From the NCBI GenBank assembly GCA_973895155.1, contig OZ316899.1, positions 4,839,241 to 4,903,240 on the forward strand: a DNA stretch of 64,000 nucleotides, written 5' to 3'. Origin of the DNA: Marsupella aquatica (taxonomy: Eukaryota > Plantae > Marchantiophyta). Below are positions 63,121-64,000 of this stretch, piece after piece. Within the stretch, counting starts at the first letter, position 1; every line of letters begins with the position of its first letter. A program made the translations under genes and the position numbers. The notes beneath the pieces were generated by a model. The model made no database searches. It saw nothing but the letters and a program-made list of their open reading frames with translations, and was not told where the DNA came from.

Positions 63121-63568
63121 TACATTTCGACAGCAAGCCCTAACACAACAACAAACATTCCGACTACAAATGTTACACCTACTACTTCATTACATTTTAG
63201 AGTTACCATTTACATAAAACTCTAATTGATAGTATTTACAACATGATTACCCTACAACATGTAAGTAGAGGCACTCTTTCCTTTGGAAGAAAGTGGAAAG
63301 GTTTTAAGTAGGCCTTGCCAAACTCAGGGTTAATCTTACACTTACATCTAGATAGATTGGTTATTTTATATCCCAATAAAATACCCAAAGGGGAGTGTTA
63401 TGACATGTAGATTACACTGTAAGAGACCATTACATTAGACCCTAATGTAATACCTAGAGATTGAGGTACTCACCTATTCTAACCACCTCCTGATGTAACA
63501 CATAAAGACTTTCATCCATAATAGAAGAGACATTCATGTTGGTGCAACCTTTGGAGTAAAACATTGAT

Positions 63569-64000
63569 GACTTATCTTCACATGTTAGTAGATTTGAAGA
63601 TTTTTGACAAGATAAAAGTGGGTTTCTTGTTGGTCAGTCATACACATGACTAGATAGATCAGATGTTTAGTAAATTTTTGTCTAGGTTAAACAAGCACAA
63701 AGCATTTTGCTTGGAGACTCTTGAGGATATTATTCGATGAGCATATTCCCCTGGAGCTTCAATCATATTTGTGAATGAAGTAGCCAATTTTCAAAATTTT
63801 GTCAATGAACCGACCAGCCAAATGAGAAGGGAGTCTCAGGCAGAATCTTGAGAGATCTCAATCTCATAACTTTTCAAAGACAATTTAGATTCAAACGAGT
63901 CATGGAGGTGGAAACGAAGAGACAACATTTCACGGGAAATATCTGTCCACGACCCAGGATTGGGGAGATGCAGTGACGTTTGTCAATTACATTCCAACTT
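63569..64000 (+). pseudogene. Sola-like DDE transposase remnant, C-terminal part
   Basis: Removing the copia and one TSD copy rejoins the frame: RENKNKFL|MTYLHMLVDLKIFDKIKVGFLLVSHTHD*IDQMFS. Confidence 0.75.

Larger units (their letters stand above)
53277..63563 (+). mobile_element. Full-length Bianca-like Ty1/copia element 3
   Basis: 168-bp LTRs 53277-53444 and 63396-63563 (4 mismatches by eye), TSD TTGAT, PBS 53445-53457, PPT 63387-63395, gag-PR-INT-RT-RH order. Confidence 0.96.

Overview
This window is eukaryotic, almost entirely transposon-derived heterochromatin-type DNA. The element mix suggests a non-seed land plant such as a liverwort, but that is inference. I see no intact ordinary host gene and no RNA gene or CRISPR array. 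It is a nested stack of: three Bianca-like Ty1/copia elements (one full length, 53277-63563, with LTRs and TSD); two CACTA TnpD loci; two L1-clade LINEs in opposite orientation; a fungal-like Ty3/gypsy; a Tat-like gypsy 5' end; several TG..CA solo LTRs with 5-bp TSDs; a Mutator-type MITE; a Sola-like DDE transposase remnant; and an EDM2-like PHD-finger gene fragment. Three observations stand out. (1) One CACTA element carries an open SET-domain (lysine methyltransferase-like) exon between its N-terminal Zn-finger exon and the TnpD body. Phase-compatible splice sites could give either a ZnF-SET or a ZnF-TnpD protein, and there is no TnpA downstream. (2) Two unrelated 4.0 and 4.7 kb LTR families each contain a single large ORF (about 880 and 1220 aa once nonsense mutations are read through) that share a homologous domain followed by a coiled coil, so the solo LTRs are gene-carrying units. 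(3) The gypsy element has a textbook-looking -1 frameshift signal between protease and RT. All calls come from manual reading; no database searches were run.
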